DNA of 64,000 nucleotides from assembly GCF_963921235.1 (NCBI RefSeq), contig NC_086097.1, forward strand, positions 10,726,001 through 10,790,000, in the 5' to 3' direction. The notes under the pieces are model-generated. The model was not told where the DNA came from. It worked only from the letters and a program-made list of their open reading frames with translations, and did no database searches. Made by a program: the position numbers and the translations under genes. Source of the stretch: Mobula hypostoma. Taxonomy: Eukaryota. Positions 51,567 through 64,000 of this stretch are shown here, piece after piece (within the stretch, counting starts at the first letter, position 1; the number at the start of each line of letters is the position of its first letter).

Positions 51567-53269
51567 TCATTCTGAGTCAGGCAGCATCAATGTAGGGAAA
51601 TGAACAGTTGACGTTCCAGGCCAATTCCCCTCATCTGGACATTTTGGATCCGATCCATATATTCCTAATGTTCCCCTAGGAGTCTTCGGTTGTTCCAGAA
51701 ACCTTTGAAATGAAAACATGTGCACGTGAAGAACATGTTTGTGCGCACTGGTTACGCAGAATGGAAACTGTTTCACTCAATGTCTTCTGCACTACAGCAG
51801 GCCCAATTTATCCATGCAGTCCAGATCAAAGACAATGATCCAAGATGTAATTGTCTATTACCTTCCATAAATGCTGCCTAACCCTCTGATCTCCTCCAGT
51901 TCTTTCTGTGTGGTATCAAATAATCTGGATTCCTTTAGTTTCTGCATTGTTTAGCCTGTAGTAGGGTCATGCTAACTGCTATATTATCATGGGGAACCAC
52001 AGCAGCATAGCCATTAGTGCAATATGATAACAGCTGGCAGTGTAGGAGGTCAAAGTTCAATTCCAGCACCATCTGTGAGGGGTTTCTACTTACTCCTAGT
52101 GAATGTGTGGATTTCCTCAGGGTGTTCTGGTTCCCTCCCACATTGCAAAGACGTACCGAGTAGTAAGTTGATTGGTGATTGTAAATTGTCCCGTGATTAG
52201 CCCAGAGTTAAATAAGTGGGTTAATGAGCAGTCAGCTCATTGAGCCACAGGACCTGCTGTACACTGTATCTCTAAATAAATAAATATTAGTTAGTCTGGA
52301 ATAAAGCAAGGGCCAGAAAGGCCTATCCCCCTCTGTATCTCAATCAATCAAACTTCCATCATTAATGCCGGCTTTAAAATAGCGGGACTATCCCTCAAAT
52401 CGAACATCTCTGAGGATGGGTTATTGGCCATTTTTATTTGTTATGGATGATCCCAGCTACCCCTTCAATTTGACCAGTCAGTCACCAATTAAAGGACAAT
52501 TGGGAGACATTACAGCCTCTCAAAGCCCAACCCTCCATCCCGGTCATGAGAGGTGGAAAAGAGTGAGGCTGGCCAACAGGGCTCTGGTGTACGTTGTAGA
52601 GGCCAATCCCCCATACAGTGGATGTAATGGATTGCTGAAGTGCTGAGGAACTCCAACCATTCTATCGACTTCGGAGGACAATGGAGACGGGAAATTATCA
52701 ATGGTCTACGCTTCACTGGGAGCTAAGGGCCCAAAGAAAGGAGGAAGAGAATACAAATGCCAGCTCTGCAAGTAATATCCACATCTCACAGAAGACTTTT
52801 TCATAAAGCTCCTCAGTACCATGAAAGCTCTGCTTTATTTTCCAACTCCCATCCAAAGAAGACTTTTGTTATTTTACGAAGAGTTTGACAGCAAAAGGAA
52901 TATAAAGCACACAATAAATTTCATGTATCTTCCCATGACAGTCACATAAAACAGTATTTACACACTACAGAGCTGTAAGCAAGGTTATAAATTATACAGG
53001 ACATTTCTTATTGGTTTGCATCTCTGCCTTGCTGGTTTTGACATATTTTGTGACCTGGAGCAGAGAAAAATATTGAGAGACTTAAAATCTAATTGCATCT
53101 GTAGATGGCCATTTGTAACAGTCAGACTTACTTCCTCTCCAGTTCCTCAGCTATTAATGAGACCAAGGTTTATTCCACATAAATACAGATTGAAACAAGT
53201 GAAGCATATGCTGATATCTTTTAACATATTACTTATACAGGTAGATTTAATGGAGAGGTTTACCAGCTT

Positions 53270-53610
53270 TCATCATCATTATTATGTGCAGTATCGTATG
53301 ACATGGACGATTGTTCTATGCAAATTTTTCTGCAGAAGTGGTTTGCCATTGCTGCCTTCTGGGCAGTGTCTTTACATGACGGGTGATCCCAGCCATTATC
53401 AATTCTCTTCAGAGGTAGTCTGCCAGGCATCAGTGGTCACATAACCAGGACTTGTGATATGCATAAGCTGCTCATATGACCATCCACCATCCGCTCCCAT
53501 GACTTCACGTGACCCTGATCATGGGGCTAAGCAGGTGCTACAAGGCTAGAGGAGGGAAGGAGCACATTACACCTCTTTTGGTGGAGACATATCTCCACCC
53601 CACCACCCAA
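53270..53610 (-). repeat. RTE-associated SINE-like repeat. Copies at 57303-57660(+) and 26338-26445(+, partial)
   Basis: Copies align by eye; AGAAG(AAG)GCAATGGCAAACCAC motif and (ATG)n tail typical of RTE/BovB partners. Confidence 0.6.
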
Positions 53611-56384
53611 ATACCAGCTTAAACCTCATGAAAACTGCATTGTTTCTAATCTTTAATTCTACAACACACTACATGAATTTTGAAATACATTTTATTAACT
53701 TATTTGTGGTAAGAATTTGTTTTGTGTTCTGTACATGATATATGATTTGTGGGTCCAGAAAAACATTGATTAACTTGTTTGTATATATACAAACAAATTA
53801 ATCTATGTGTGAGGGTCACGTGAGGTTTAGCTGCTAAGCCCAGCGGAACTGTTTCTACTGACAGAAGAACAGAAGAAGGGGCAAAGGTGGATTACTGGCC
53901 CCTTAAAACCAGTTGCTTCGGGCAGATTGGGCTTGTCAGACATGGTTCATCCAGGAGAAGGAAAACTCTGACTTCAAACCTTTGCTGCTTTGTGGCTATA
54001 TCCACTCGTGGGGGAGGCTTCAGGAGTAAACCCTGAGGGAAAATACTGGAGCTGGGGTCCTTAAGGTAATCCTACATTGAACTCAATGCTGACTGGCAAC
54101 TCCTGCGGTGCTGCTGGTACCCAAATGTATCAGGCTCTGCTATTCCTTTGGGTTCATCAGCTGTGTGGAGAGGGGGAGCTTGCTACATGGGCAACAGCTT
54201 GCTCTCCATATTGTACTGCCCAGGCTTGTGTATCTAGACAGTCACGATGCAATATCCATGGTCTCTCTGACTGACGGAGGCCTCAGTTCTCAGTTATATA
54301 TATGTACAGTCGGATAAGAATAAACTTGAATTTCATCTTGAACTTGAGCATTATTGTGGGCCACACGGTAGCATAATGGTTAGTGCAATCTTGTTAAAGT
54401 GCCGGCGATCACTGATCAGGGTTCAATTCCCACTGGGGAGTTTGTACGTTCTCCCTCTGATCACGAGAATTTCCTCTGGCCTCTCCAGTTCCAAGACATA
54501 ATCCCAAAGGTCTACGAATTGGGGGCATTCTATCTTGGTTACAGAAGCATGGCAGAATTGTAGGCTGTTTTCAGCAACTGCAAAAGATTACACAATCAAT
54601 GCTTTTCACTGTATGTTTTGACATTTCAACAATATATGATAAATAAAACTAATTTTTATATTTCACTAATTATCAGCCTGGCTCAACCTTATTGGATTGC
54701 TTTGGATTGATACTTCTGTGCATTTTTTAACATATTTTCAGTGCTAACGTGCCACTAAAGAAGCTTCCCCCACAACACACACGAGAAATTGTTAGCAGAG
54801 GTACCATGGACGTCACTTCTCAGCAGGCAAACTACACTCAGTGGCCACTTTACTAAGTACACCTGTACACCTGCTTGTTAATGCAAATATCTAATCAGCC
54901 AGTCATGTGGCACCAACCCAACGCATAAAAGCATGCTGACGTGGTCAAGGGGTTCAGCTGGTGTTCAAACCAAACATCAGAATGGGGAAGAAAGGTGATC
55001 TAAGGGACTTTGTCTGTGGAATGATTTCTGGTGTCAGACAGGGTGGTTTGAGTATCTCAGAAATTGCTGATCTCCTGGGCTTATCATGCACAACAGTCTC
55101 TTACAGAGAATAGTGTGAGAAACAAAACATCCAGTGAGCAGCAGTTCTGTGGGTGAAAATGCCTCATTACTGAGAGAGGTTAGAGGAGAATGGCTAGACT
55201 GGTTCAAGCTGACAGGAAGCTGACAGTAACTCAAATAACCATGCATTGCAACAGTGGCGTGCAGAACAGCATCTTTGAACACACAACACATTGAAGCTTG
55301 AAGTAGATAGGCTACAATGGCAGAAGACTACACTGGGGTCTACTCCTGTACTTAATAAAGTAACCACTGAGAGCATGTTTCAAGAAATACTGAGGGCATC
55401 TATTGTACATCATTGCAAGGAAGAGTCGTTGGTTGTTCCATGAAAAATTGAAATGCCACATATGTGTTGTAACAAAGGTTTCAAAGGTACATTTAAAGTC
55501 AGAGAAATGTATACAATATACATCCTGAAATGCTTTTTCTTCGCAACCATCACATCCACGAAAACAGAGGAGTGCTCCCAAACAATGAATAACAGCTGAA
55601 TGTTAGAACCCCAAAGTCCCCCCCAGTTCCCCTCCCTCCCATGCGTGAGCGGCCGCAAGCAACGATCCCCCCTCCCCCCACCTGCAAAAAAAAGCATCAG
55701 CACCCGCCACCGAGCACTCAAATGTGAGCAAAGCAACAGCAAAGACACAGACTTGCAGTACCCCAAAGACTACGCGTTCACCCGGTATACAACATACCAC
55801 AGGCTCTCTCTCTCCCTAATAAGGGAGAAAGAGGTGTTTTCGCTTCACAGTGAGAGAGGAGACATAACAAACAACTCGCTGATTTATGATGTTAAAAGTC
55901 TGTTGCATCGCTTTTTCCGAGCTCTGTGCCCAAAGATCTCGGATCTCTGGGCACACAGCCTTAGATCTTCCATCTTCCACAACACACCAATCTCCTGCCC
56001 AGACACTGACCTCCAATCCCCCCATCTCCAAAGCCACGAAATTTCAAAACTCTGAAGGCAAACAAAGCTCTTAGGCTGCGATTTTGGAGTGCCGAATAAC
56101 AACCAGTCATGAAACCCCGAGATCGGGCCCTTTCCCGCAAAGAACCATAGTCAGCGTGTAACTCCAGGTCCGGGTCTTCAAAAGAACGCTGAAAGGGAAA
56201 AATAGAGATATTAAAGACAGAAATAGAGCTGTTTCTGAAGATGCAGGCAAAGGAGTTGCTGTTAGGTGCCATTGTCTCCTCCTAAGCTAAGCTCCCCCTC
56301 CTTCCATTGTAACATCTAGTTACAATGATGCTTTAGAACCAAGTGGAAGGAAAATAAGAGAACTCTCATTTAAAATAAGGGAGG

Positions 56385-56695
56385 GGGGGGGAATAGAGGC
56401 ATGCTATGGTGATAGGGGATTTGTTAGTCAGGGGAATGGACAGAAAGTTTTTCATGGGCAAAAATGAGATCCCTGGATGGTGTGTTGCTTCCTGGGTGTC
56501 TGGGTCTGGGATATCTCAGAGTGAGTCCTCAGCATTCTTAAACGGGATGGTGAACAACCAGAAGTTGTGGTCCATGTAGGTACCAATGTCATGGGTATGA
56601 CGAGTGACCAGGTTCTGCGTAAGGAGTTCAGGGAGTTAGGTGCTGTGTTAAAGGGCAGGACCTCCAGGTTTGTGATCTCAGGATTGCTACCCATT
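56385..56695 (+). mobile_element. CR1 ORF1 esterase (SGNH-like) fragment
   Basis: AMVIGDLLVRG..VCCFLGVWV.DISE..ILKRDGEQPEVVVHVGTN..VISGLLP. Confidence 0.75.
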
Positions 56696-59018
56696 CTAAG
56701 TACGTCCGAGGCATTGGGTTAATTAATCACATTGGCATAATTGAATGGCACACTCATTGGCCCGAATGGGCCCGTGTCCACGTTATCTCTCTAAATAAAC
56801 AAATCTCTTGGATTGAAAATGATAGAATATTCTATTAATTGTTCGCCACAGTGGCGAAACAGCTAGTGTAACACTATTACAGATTGAGGTGTCAGAGGTC
56901 CAAGTTCAATTCCAGCATCCTCTGTAAGAAAGTTTGCATGTTCTTTTCGTGAGCATGTGGGTTTCCTCCAGTTTCCTCCCATAGTCCAAAGACATACTGG
57001 TTAGTAGATTAATTGTCCATTATAAATTGTCCTGTGATTAGGCTAATGATAAATAGGTGGGTTGCTGGATGGCCCGGCTCTTTGGCCAGAAGGGCCTGTT
57101 CCACTCTGTATCTCTAAATATAAATAAAATGATATTGGTGGTACATGCTTTTCATCACTTCCAACACAACACAAAGACCTGAAATGTAACTCGCTTTCCT
57201 CTTCATGAATGCCCCTGGCCTTTTTTCAGATCTCCACCCTTTTCTGGTTAATATCAGATTTCCAGAATCACACGTATTTTCCTTCTGTAATATAGTCACG
57301 TGAGTGATGGTGTGGAGATACGTCTCTACCAAAGGAGGTGTAAGGCACTCCTTCCCTCTGCTAACCTCCAGGTCACCCTTGGGCAAGGAGTAGCACCTGC
57401 GTAGCCCCCGATCAGGGTCACATGAGCTATGGGACCAGGTGGTGGATGATCGTATAAGTAGTTGGTACACATCACAAGTCCTGGTCATGTGTCCAGGCAG
57501 ACAATCTCTGACGAATATTGGTAATGGCTGGGGTCACCTGTCTTGTAAAACCACTGCCCAGAAGAAGGCAATGTCAAACCACCTCTGTAGAATCTGCCAA
57601 GAATAAGTATGACCCTGGAAAGACCATGATCACCCATGTCATATGACATTGCACATAACGAATTATCAAACTCCTTATAGACTCTTCTATTATACAATGA
57701 GATTTGTGTACACACAAATGGTGGCCCAGTAAAGCAGCCATCAAAGACCGCAGCCACCCTGGACCTCCTCTTTTTGCCCATCTCTCATTGGGCAAATGTT
57801 ACAGAATCCTGAAATTGTATACCACCAGGCTCAAGGATATTCACACAGCATTGTTATAAGATTTTTGAATGGTTCCCGAATTTTAGAATGATCACCTAGC
57901 CTCACTATCAACCACACTATGCTCTTGCATCTGATTGTTAAAGTTTAAAGTCTCCTTACCTGCAGCCACAACTCAAAGAAACACAATGGAACCCATAAAA
58001 AAAATATGGCATATAATGAATGAATGAATATATTCAGTTTTGTCTCATTTAAAATTGCTTTCATATATGCTTTCATCAATTATCCTGGCAGCATATTCCA
58101 GGCACAAACCATAGGGTTATACAGCACTGAATCAGGCTCTTCTGCCCAACTGATACATGTTGAATAAGATGTCCCAAAACCATTCCAGACCAGATACCAC
58201 ACTTTTAGTCAAATACTTGGCTCATAAATCTCCTTTCTACTTTCTTCCTCTCACCTTAAAGCTCTGCCCTCTAGTAATTAAAATTTCCACCTCAGGAAAA
58301 AAGACTCTGACTATGCACCCTTCTTATGTCTCATGCCATTCACGTATTTTTACATATATCCTGTAATAAATTATACAAATAAAAAAGTATGCTTAATCAT
58401 AAGACCATAAGATATAGGAGCAGAAGTAGGCCATTCGGCCCTATGAGTCTGCTCCGCCATTCAATCCTATTCTTCCAGTCATCCCCACTCCCCTGCTTGT
58501 CTCAGGTACCCCCTCAGCCTCCAACACTTCAGAGAAAACAATCCAAATTGATGCTTTCCAGTACTTTCTGAAGTTACTTCAAATTTCCAGCAGCTGCAAT
58601 ATTTGAATTTTTTAACTTGGTGCCTCCAGGCCAATGACCTATATGTCAGAATATAATATTTGTTTCTGTCAATTTTGAAAAATTTGCATTAGATCTTGAA
58701 AATTACTCATAAATCTCCACTTCCTCACAAGGCACTGTGTCGCTCCACACTGCCCCCAACACAATCAGTAAAATATCAGACGTCACCTCTCTCTTGACAG
58801 CTCACGTTGATCACATAGCTCTGCCAATGTCCCCCAGTTGCAGGCTATTTACACTGATGTTTGATCAATTCCATTGGGAGACAAACAAGGAGTAACAGAA
58901 GGTGGAGAGTGTTATGTTTTATAAATCCAGAGCATAAAACTAATTGTAAGAAAAGCATGGAACTGGGAGATATGTGCGCTTAGTGTCATTTTACTTTTAG
59001 CAAGTCATGCACAGAGGA

Positions 59019-60556
59019 TAGAAACATAGAAACATAGAAAATAGGTGCAGGAGTAGGCCATTCGGCCCTTCGAGCCTGCACCGCCATTTATTATGATCAT
59101 GGCTGATCATCCAACTCAGAACCCTGCACCAGCCTTCCCTCCATACCCCCTGATCCCCTGTAGCCACAAGGGCCATATCTAACTTCCTTTTAAACATAGC
59201 TAATGAACTGGCCTCAACTGTTTCCTGTGGCAGAGAATTCCACAGATTCACCACTCTCTGTGTGAAGAAGTTTTTCCTAACCTCGGTCCTAAGAGGCTTC
59301 CCCTTTATCCTCAAACTGTGACCCCTCGTTCTAGACCTCCCCAACATCGGGAACAATCTTCCCGCATCCAGCCTGTCCAATCCCTTTAGGATCTTATACG
59401 TTTCAATCAGATCCCCCCTCAATCTTCTAAATTCCAACGAGTACAAGCCCAGTTCATCCAGTCTTTCTTCATATGAAAGTCCTGCCATCCCAGGAATCAG
59501 GATGTGGTGGCATGATGACATATGCCATTCATGTACCTTTACATATATCCTGTAATAAATTATATAAACAACAAAGTATGCTTAATCATAAGACCATAAG
59601 CCCATAAGATATAGGAGCAGAAGTAGGCCATTCAGCCCATCGAGTCTGCTCCGCCATTCAATCCTGGGCTGACCCAATTCTTCCAGTCATCCCTACTCCC
59701 CTGCCTTCACCCCATAACTCTCGGTTAACCCTGGTTAATCAAGAACCTTTCTATCTCTGCCTTAAATGCACCCAGCGACTTGGCCTCCACAGCAATCCGT
59801 GGCAAGAAATTCCACAGATTTACCACGCTCTGACTAAAGTAATTTCTCCACATATCAGTTCTAAAAGGACGTCCATCAATCCTGAAGTTGTGCCCTCTTG
59901 TTCTAGACTCCCCTACCACAGGAAAAAACTTTGCCATATCTAATCTATTCAGGCCTTTTAACATTTGGAATGTTTCTAAGAGAACCCCTTCATTCGAGGG
60001 GGGAATCTGATTGAAACGTATAAGATCCTAAAGGGATTGGACAGGCTAGATGCAGGAAGATTGTTCCCGATGTTGGGGAAGTCTGGAACGAGGGGTCACA
60101 GTTTGAGGATAGAGGGGAAGCCTTTTAGGACCGAGATTAGGGAAAACTTCTTCACACAGAGAGTGGTGAATCTGTGGAATTCTCTGCCACAGCAAACTGT
60201 TGAGGCCAGTTCATTGGCTATGTTTAAGAGGGAGTTAGATATGGCCCTTGTGGCTATGGGGGTCAGGGGGTATGGAGGGAAGGCTGGGGCGGGGTTCTGA
60301 GTTGGATGATCAGCCATGATCATAATAAATGGCGGTGCAGGCTCGAAGGGCCGAATGGCCTACTCCTGCACCTATTTTCTATGTTTCTATGTCTATTCTC
60401 TGGAACTCCAGGGAATACAGCACAAGAACTGCCAGACTTTCCTCATACAGTAACCTTATATTCCTGGAATCATTCTTGTGAATATTCTCTGAACCCTCTT
60501 CAAAGTCAGTATATCCTTCCTAAAATAAGGACCCCAAAACTGCACACAATACTCGA
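59019..60556. mobile_element. Nested CR1 3' fragments: 59019-59498(-), 59588-60556(-) and 59996-60392(+) inserted in the latter
   Basis: ORFs 58997-59521, 59725-59964 and 60037-60300 are all CR1 ORF2 C-termini; the first and third match the 27618-28952 subfamily. Confidence 0.88.
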
Positions 60557-62290
60557 AGTGCCTGTGAAAAAGGAGGGTTCGCCACCAGAGGACTCATCCA
60601 GAATCACGGGGGTGGGAAAAGACCACTTGCCTACTATTCTACGGCCCTCCCCACAGTGGTATTGGGAATGCCTGCTTGTCTCCGCGCAGTGGCAGCAACA
60701 GCCATTATGGTTGAGAAGTCTTTACTGCTGGTTCTCAACTATCCTTGCAAAGTACGGGTACCTCACACTGTCATGTTGCTCTTGAACTCAGCTGCGACAC
60801 AACATTTCACTGCCTCCTGACGTACAGGATACGAGGTGATTCCGTTGTCACACCCCAACTATACTTACCGCCGATCACCCGTAGTCAATCCTGCCACTTT
60901 CATCCCAGAGCCAATGGAGGAGGACGAACATGACTGCGTGGCAGTCGTACAGCACTCCACTCCTCCCCGAGTGGATCTGCGAACGAACCCTTTGCCGAAT
61001 CCTCTTTACAGATGGGTCCTCACATAAGCCAAGAGATGACCTACTCCTGGCCGGCTATGCTGCAGTAGATCCGCACCAGGCAGTAGAGGCCTATGCACAG
61101 GCAGCCGAACTTTCGCACTTACTCGAGCCTGTACACTGGCCAAGAATCAGACGGCCAATATATACACCGACTCTTGTTACGCCTTTGGAGTGGTCCATGA
61201 CTTTGGCCAAATATGGAAGAATAGGGACACATTACATCCACGGAAAAATCCCTCAAACATTCCCAGCTAGTGTTAAACCTGCTCGAGGCAATTCAGCTGC
61301 CCAAGCAACTAGCAATTGTTAAGTGTGAAGCACATACCAGTGCAACAGATGAAATCTCCCAGGGGAATGCCAGCACTGACTAGGAAGCCAAAAGGGTGCC
61401 CATCGCACAGAAGCCAGTTCTGCAAGCTCTCTGTGCCTCAAATGACCCTCCCCTCCCTGTTTTAGAGCGTTCTGAATACAGGCAGCACAGCAAAACTCTA
61501 GTCCACAGGAAAACGGACATGGGAGAAGGCACAATGCCACTATAAGGATGGATTTTGGTTTCACCCAGTTGGGTGGGTGGTACGTCCGAGAAACCTGTTT
61601 TTGCCCCTGTGTCGTCTAGTGCATGCACAGGCACACGGGGGCAAAGGAGGGTGCAACACGCAATTGATCAACAATGGTATGCACCCGGCATAACCCGAAC
61701 CATACAGAAAATCACTTGTTCCTGTCTGATTTGTCAGCAAAACAACCAAGGACCGGGGGCAGCCAAGTATGATCACCTTCCAATGCCCCAAATGCCCTTA
61801 AAAATTTGCAAATTGATTTTGTACATACGCCCCCAGCCTCGGGGTATTATATGTTGTTAATTGTAGACATGTTCACCCGATGGGTGGAAACCTACCCCAG
61901 ACGAAAAGATGATGTTCAGACGGTGGTAAAAATATTGTGGAAGGAAATAATAACTAGGTATGGAATACCCTTGGGAATAAACATTCTTCCGGTAAAGTAC
62001 TCACTTTACCGGCAGGATAGTGAAAGATTTAGTGCAGGCCATGGGGTTTCAATGGAAATTGCATATCCCCTACCAGTCTCAGTCCTCAGGTATGGTGGAA
62101 AGGGGAAATAAAAGCAGCTTTGACAAAAGTTTGTCAGCAAAACAATCTCGGACGGCCAGAGGCAATGCCCTTAGTAATGTACACTCTCTGAGATCAGAAG
62201 AATTGAAACACAGGATTTACCCCTCATGAAATTTTGATAGGGTGGCCGATGACAACAGGAACTAAGCCTCCATGACTCCAGAAAAGCAAC
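60557..62290 (+). pseudogene. Class-I (epsilon/gamma-like) ERV pol remnant: RT connection, RNase H, integrase
   Basis: KRPLAYYS..GMPACLRAVAA; NPATFIP..HDC; LFTDGSS..AGYA..AQAAEL; NIYTDSCYAFGVVHDFG; CLICQQNN; QIDFVH..IVDMFTRWVETYP; HIPYQSQSSGMVER. Confidence 0.9.
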
Positions 62291-62294
62291 ACCT

Positions 62295-62725
62295 CATATA
62301 CCGTCTAGGTAGTCTCCAGCCCCTTGGTATGAACATAGAATTCTCCAACTTCCGATAATTCCCTCCCCCTCCCTTCCTCTATCCCTATGTCACTCTGCCC
62401 CCTCCCCCAGCCGCCTACCACCTCCCTCTTGGTTCCACCTCCTTCTACTACCCATTGTATTCCTGCCTATCACCACCCTGCTTCCCCTCCCCCACCCCTT
62501 TGTCTTTCAAATTACTGGTTTTTCAACTGGACCTACCAGCCTTCTCCTTCCCACCCTCCCCCACCTTCCTTATAGGGCCTCTGCCCCTTCCCTCTTCAGT
62601 CCTGACGAAGGGTTCCGGCCCGAAATGTCGACTCATCGTTTCAACGGATGCTGCCCGACCTGCTGAGTTCCTCCAGCGTGTTGTGAGTGTTACTTCGATC
62701 CCAGCATCTGCAGATTATTTTGTGT
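62295..62725 (+). mobile_element. Penelope-like 3' module inserted in the ERV
   Basis: Same layout as 720-1180 (CACCTCATA..CTCCAGCCC..AACTTCCG, pyrimidine tract, terminal module). Confidence 0.75.
62597..62634 (+). ncRNA. Minimal type I hammerhead ribozyme motif
   Basis: CAGTC-CTGACGA-A-GGG TTCCGG CCC-GAAAT-GTC-GACT: intact CUGANGA and GAAA cores, GUC triplet, stem I AGTC/GACT. Confidence 0.75.
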
Positions 62726-63149
62726 TCCCAGTAAAGGTAGTGCTAATATAGAATGATGAGAAGAGACGCACAAGCATTGTGTCAGGAGGCAGGGAAATTG
62801 TATGAGAGGGTCCAGCAAGCCCAGGCACCTTTAACTGAAGGTAACATGCATCCGTTAAGCTGGCAGATAGAATAAATGTGAGATCAACGAATAAAGATTC
62901 TTTCTCTCCCAGGCCGTTAAGGTGAACAAGAAACCTGATTGAATACATGCCAGCAGGCGCAAGTTGCACCACCACGAGGACGAAATAAAACACTGAACAA
63001 GTGACATCTTCCCCGAGAGAGAGAGGAATGGCACTGAGAACCAAGAACGAAGTGTTACGGAGAGACAGGAGCATAAATCTATTTTAACCTGCGCCTCATG
63101 TTATATACATAGTGACTGATTATTAACAAAGTATATACTCAATAGAGGA

Positions 63150-63633
63150 CAGACATGAAGGAAGTAGTGGTAATAATCATATTGGGGTGGGATTGATTGA
63201 TTACCTAACAGCGTCAGAGGAAAGTGGAGAAGAAGTATTAGCCTCAGAAGGAAGGGTCTGTGCGTTATTAGGGAGAGAATGTGGCACCTACATATCCGAT
63301 GCTTCAGAAAATATGACCCATGTGTTAGAACATGTGACCCAGATGCAAGATGAAATACACAGACTGAACTCTCAAGTCCCTCCAGAAGGCTGGGATTTCT
63401 TTAAGTGGGTTAAATCAGTGTTAGAAGGAGTATTTTCCTGGCTACAGCCCCTCTTTTACAGCCTCATTGCCCTGGTCTGATTAGCGGTGGTAGTTCATTG
63501 TGTCACACAACTATGCATTTGCTGGGCCTGCGCCCGTACAAAGTCAAAGTCAGGGGAGACGGTAGCATTACTCTATGCGCAATCTCACAATCACGGGAGG
63601 GAAAAGATTGAGGAAGATAGGGAAACAGTTTAA
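63150..63633 (+). pseudogene. Retroviral env TM subunit remnant (gamma-type)
   Basis: IDYL..LASEGRVCALLGRECGTYI resembles the immunosuppressive domain plus CX6CC motif, followed by a heptad region, W-rich juxtamembrane segment and hydrophobic anchor broken by TGA at 63478. Confidence 0.82.
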
Positions 63634-63987
63634 GAATTTTGATTCAGGAACAGAATGGTGGGAAATAATAGAGGGATGGTTTTCCAGCTCGGGAAGCTGG
63701 ATCACGCATGGGATTATAATAGTGGCCATGATATGTGTTCTGGGGTGTTATGTATGTGGATCATTGTGGTTGTGCTGTTATCAATTACAGAAACGAGACT
63801 TGTCTGGCCCTGAAGGTATCCCTAATCTATGATACCCCAAATGATGAAAGATAAACCTGGCAAGGAACACTGGTGGGGCGAAGAGGTGTACCCAAAGAAA
63901 GAAAGACCCTTCCCCTATGGCTATGTACCCTGTTATGAGGAGGTAGAAGAAATACCCCAGTGAAAAATGTTAATCTAGAAGATTAAC

Positions 63988-64000
63988 AAGGAGGGAACTG
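63988..64000 (+). promoter_or_regulatory. Polypurine tract and apparent first TG of the ERV 3' LTR
   Basis: AAGGAGGGAAC|TG downstream of env, nearly the same as the AAGAGGAGGAAC|TG junction of the 17099-20209 ERV. Confidence 0.65.

Larger units (their letters stand above)
21180..59000 (-). pseudogene. RNF213: Extended RNF213-like pseudogene, present only as scattered fragments between TE insertions
   Basis: Weak but colinear matches: ~55430 ISIFHGTT (VKVHGGTT); ~49030 DALQ..FSTLK (DAMQ..FRSLK); ~47400 KTLQPF, ~47255 NRSLKVS, ~46970 DYYADMV (KTLHPL, NRGIFVS, DYYSLIKMV); ~43300 NCKIV..SD (KCKIL..TD); ~42400 LYIDN (VHIDD); ~31130 SLSNNSV (SLVDNSV); ~29370 CFNCERVLG (RZ finger CIDCHAPIG); ~21650 FLHN, ~21350 LPSKRYR (RLHN, IPTLVYR). 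Confidence 0.65.

Noticed and set aside
1..64000. CRISPR arrays, rRNA genes or prokaryotic operons
   Set aside because: No regular repeat-spacer array, rRNA signature or dense gene organisation; the short repeats are LINE tails and microsatellites.

Overview
Eukaryotic, repeat-saturated vertebrate DNA with no intact host gene visible. The repeat mix (CR1 LINEs, Rex/Babar, RTE, V-SINE/HE1-like SINEs, Penelope-like elements) suggests a cartilaginous fish, probably a ray; this is inference. Main structures: (1) A Gypsy-type LTR element (31708-34772). After LTR, PBS, gag and protease, its pol region is replaced by two spliced host mRNA 5' ends, SUDS3 then YBX1. Both are in sense orientation, and both start codons are in the protease reading frame. 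(2) A heavily decayed, apparently intronless RNF213-like pseudogene on the minus strand. It survives as colinear fragments between transposon insertions from about 59 kb down to about 21 kb. (3) A 3.1-kb internally deleted two-LTR endogenous retrovirus (17099-20209, minus strand) with a tRNA-Leu PBS, a PPT and a TSD, nested in a CR1. (4) A second class-I (epsilon/gamma-like) ERV remnant (60557-64000) with pol, env and two tandem TM-like ends; the window stops at the apparent first TG of its 3' LTR. (5) Minimal hammerhead ribozyme motifs in the Penelope-like repeats. (6) A perfect 104-bp inverted repeat at 12352-12597. All protein identifications come from hand translation and recalled sequences, not database searches.
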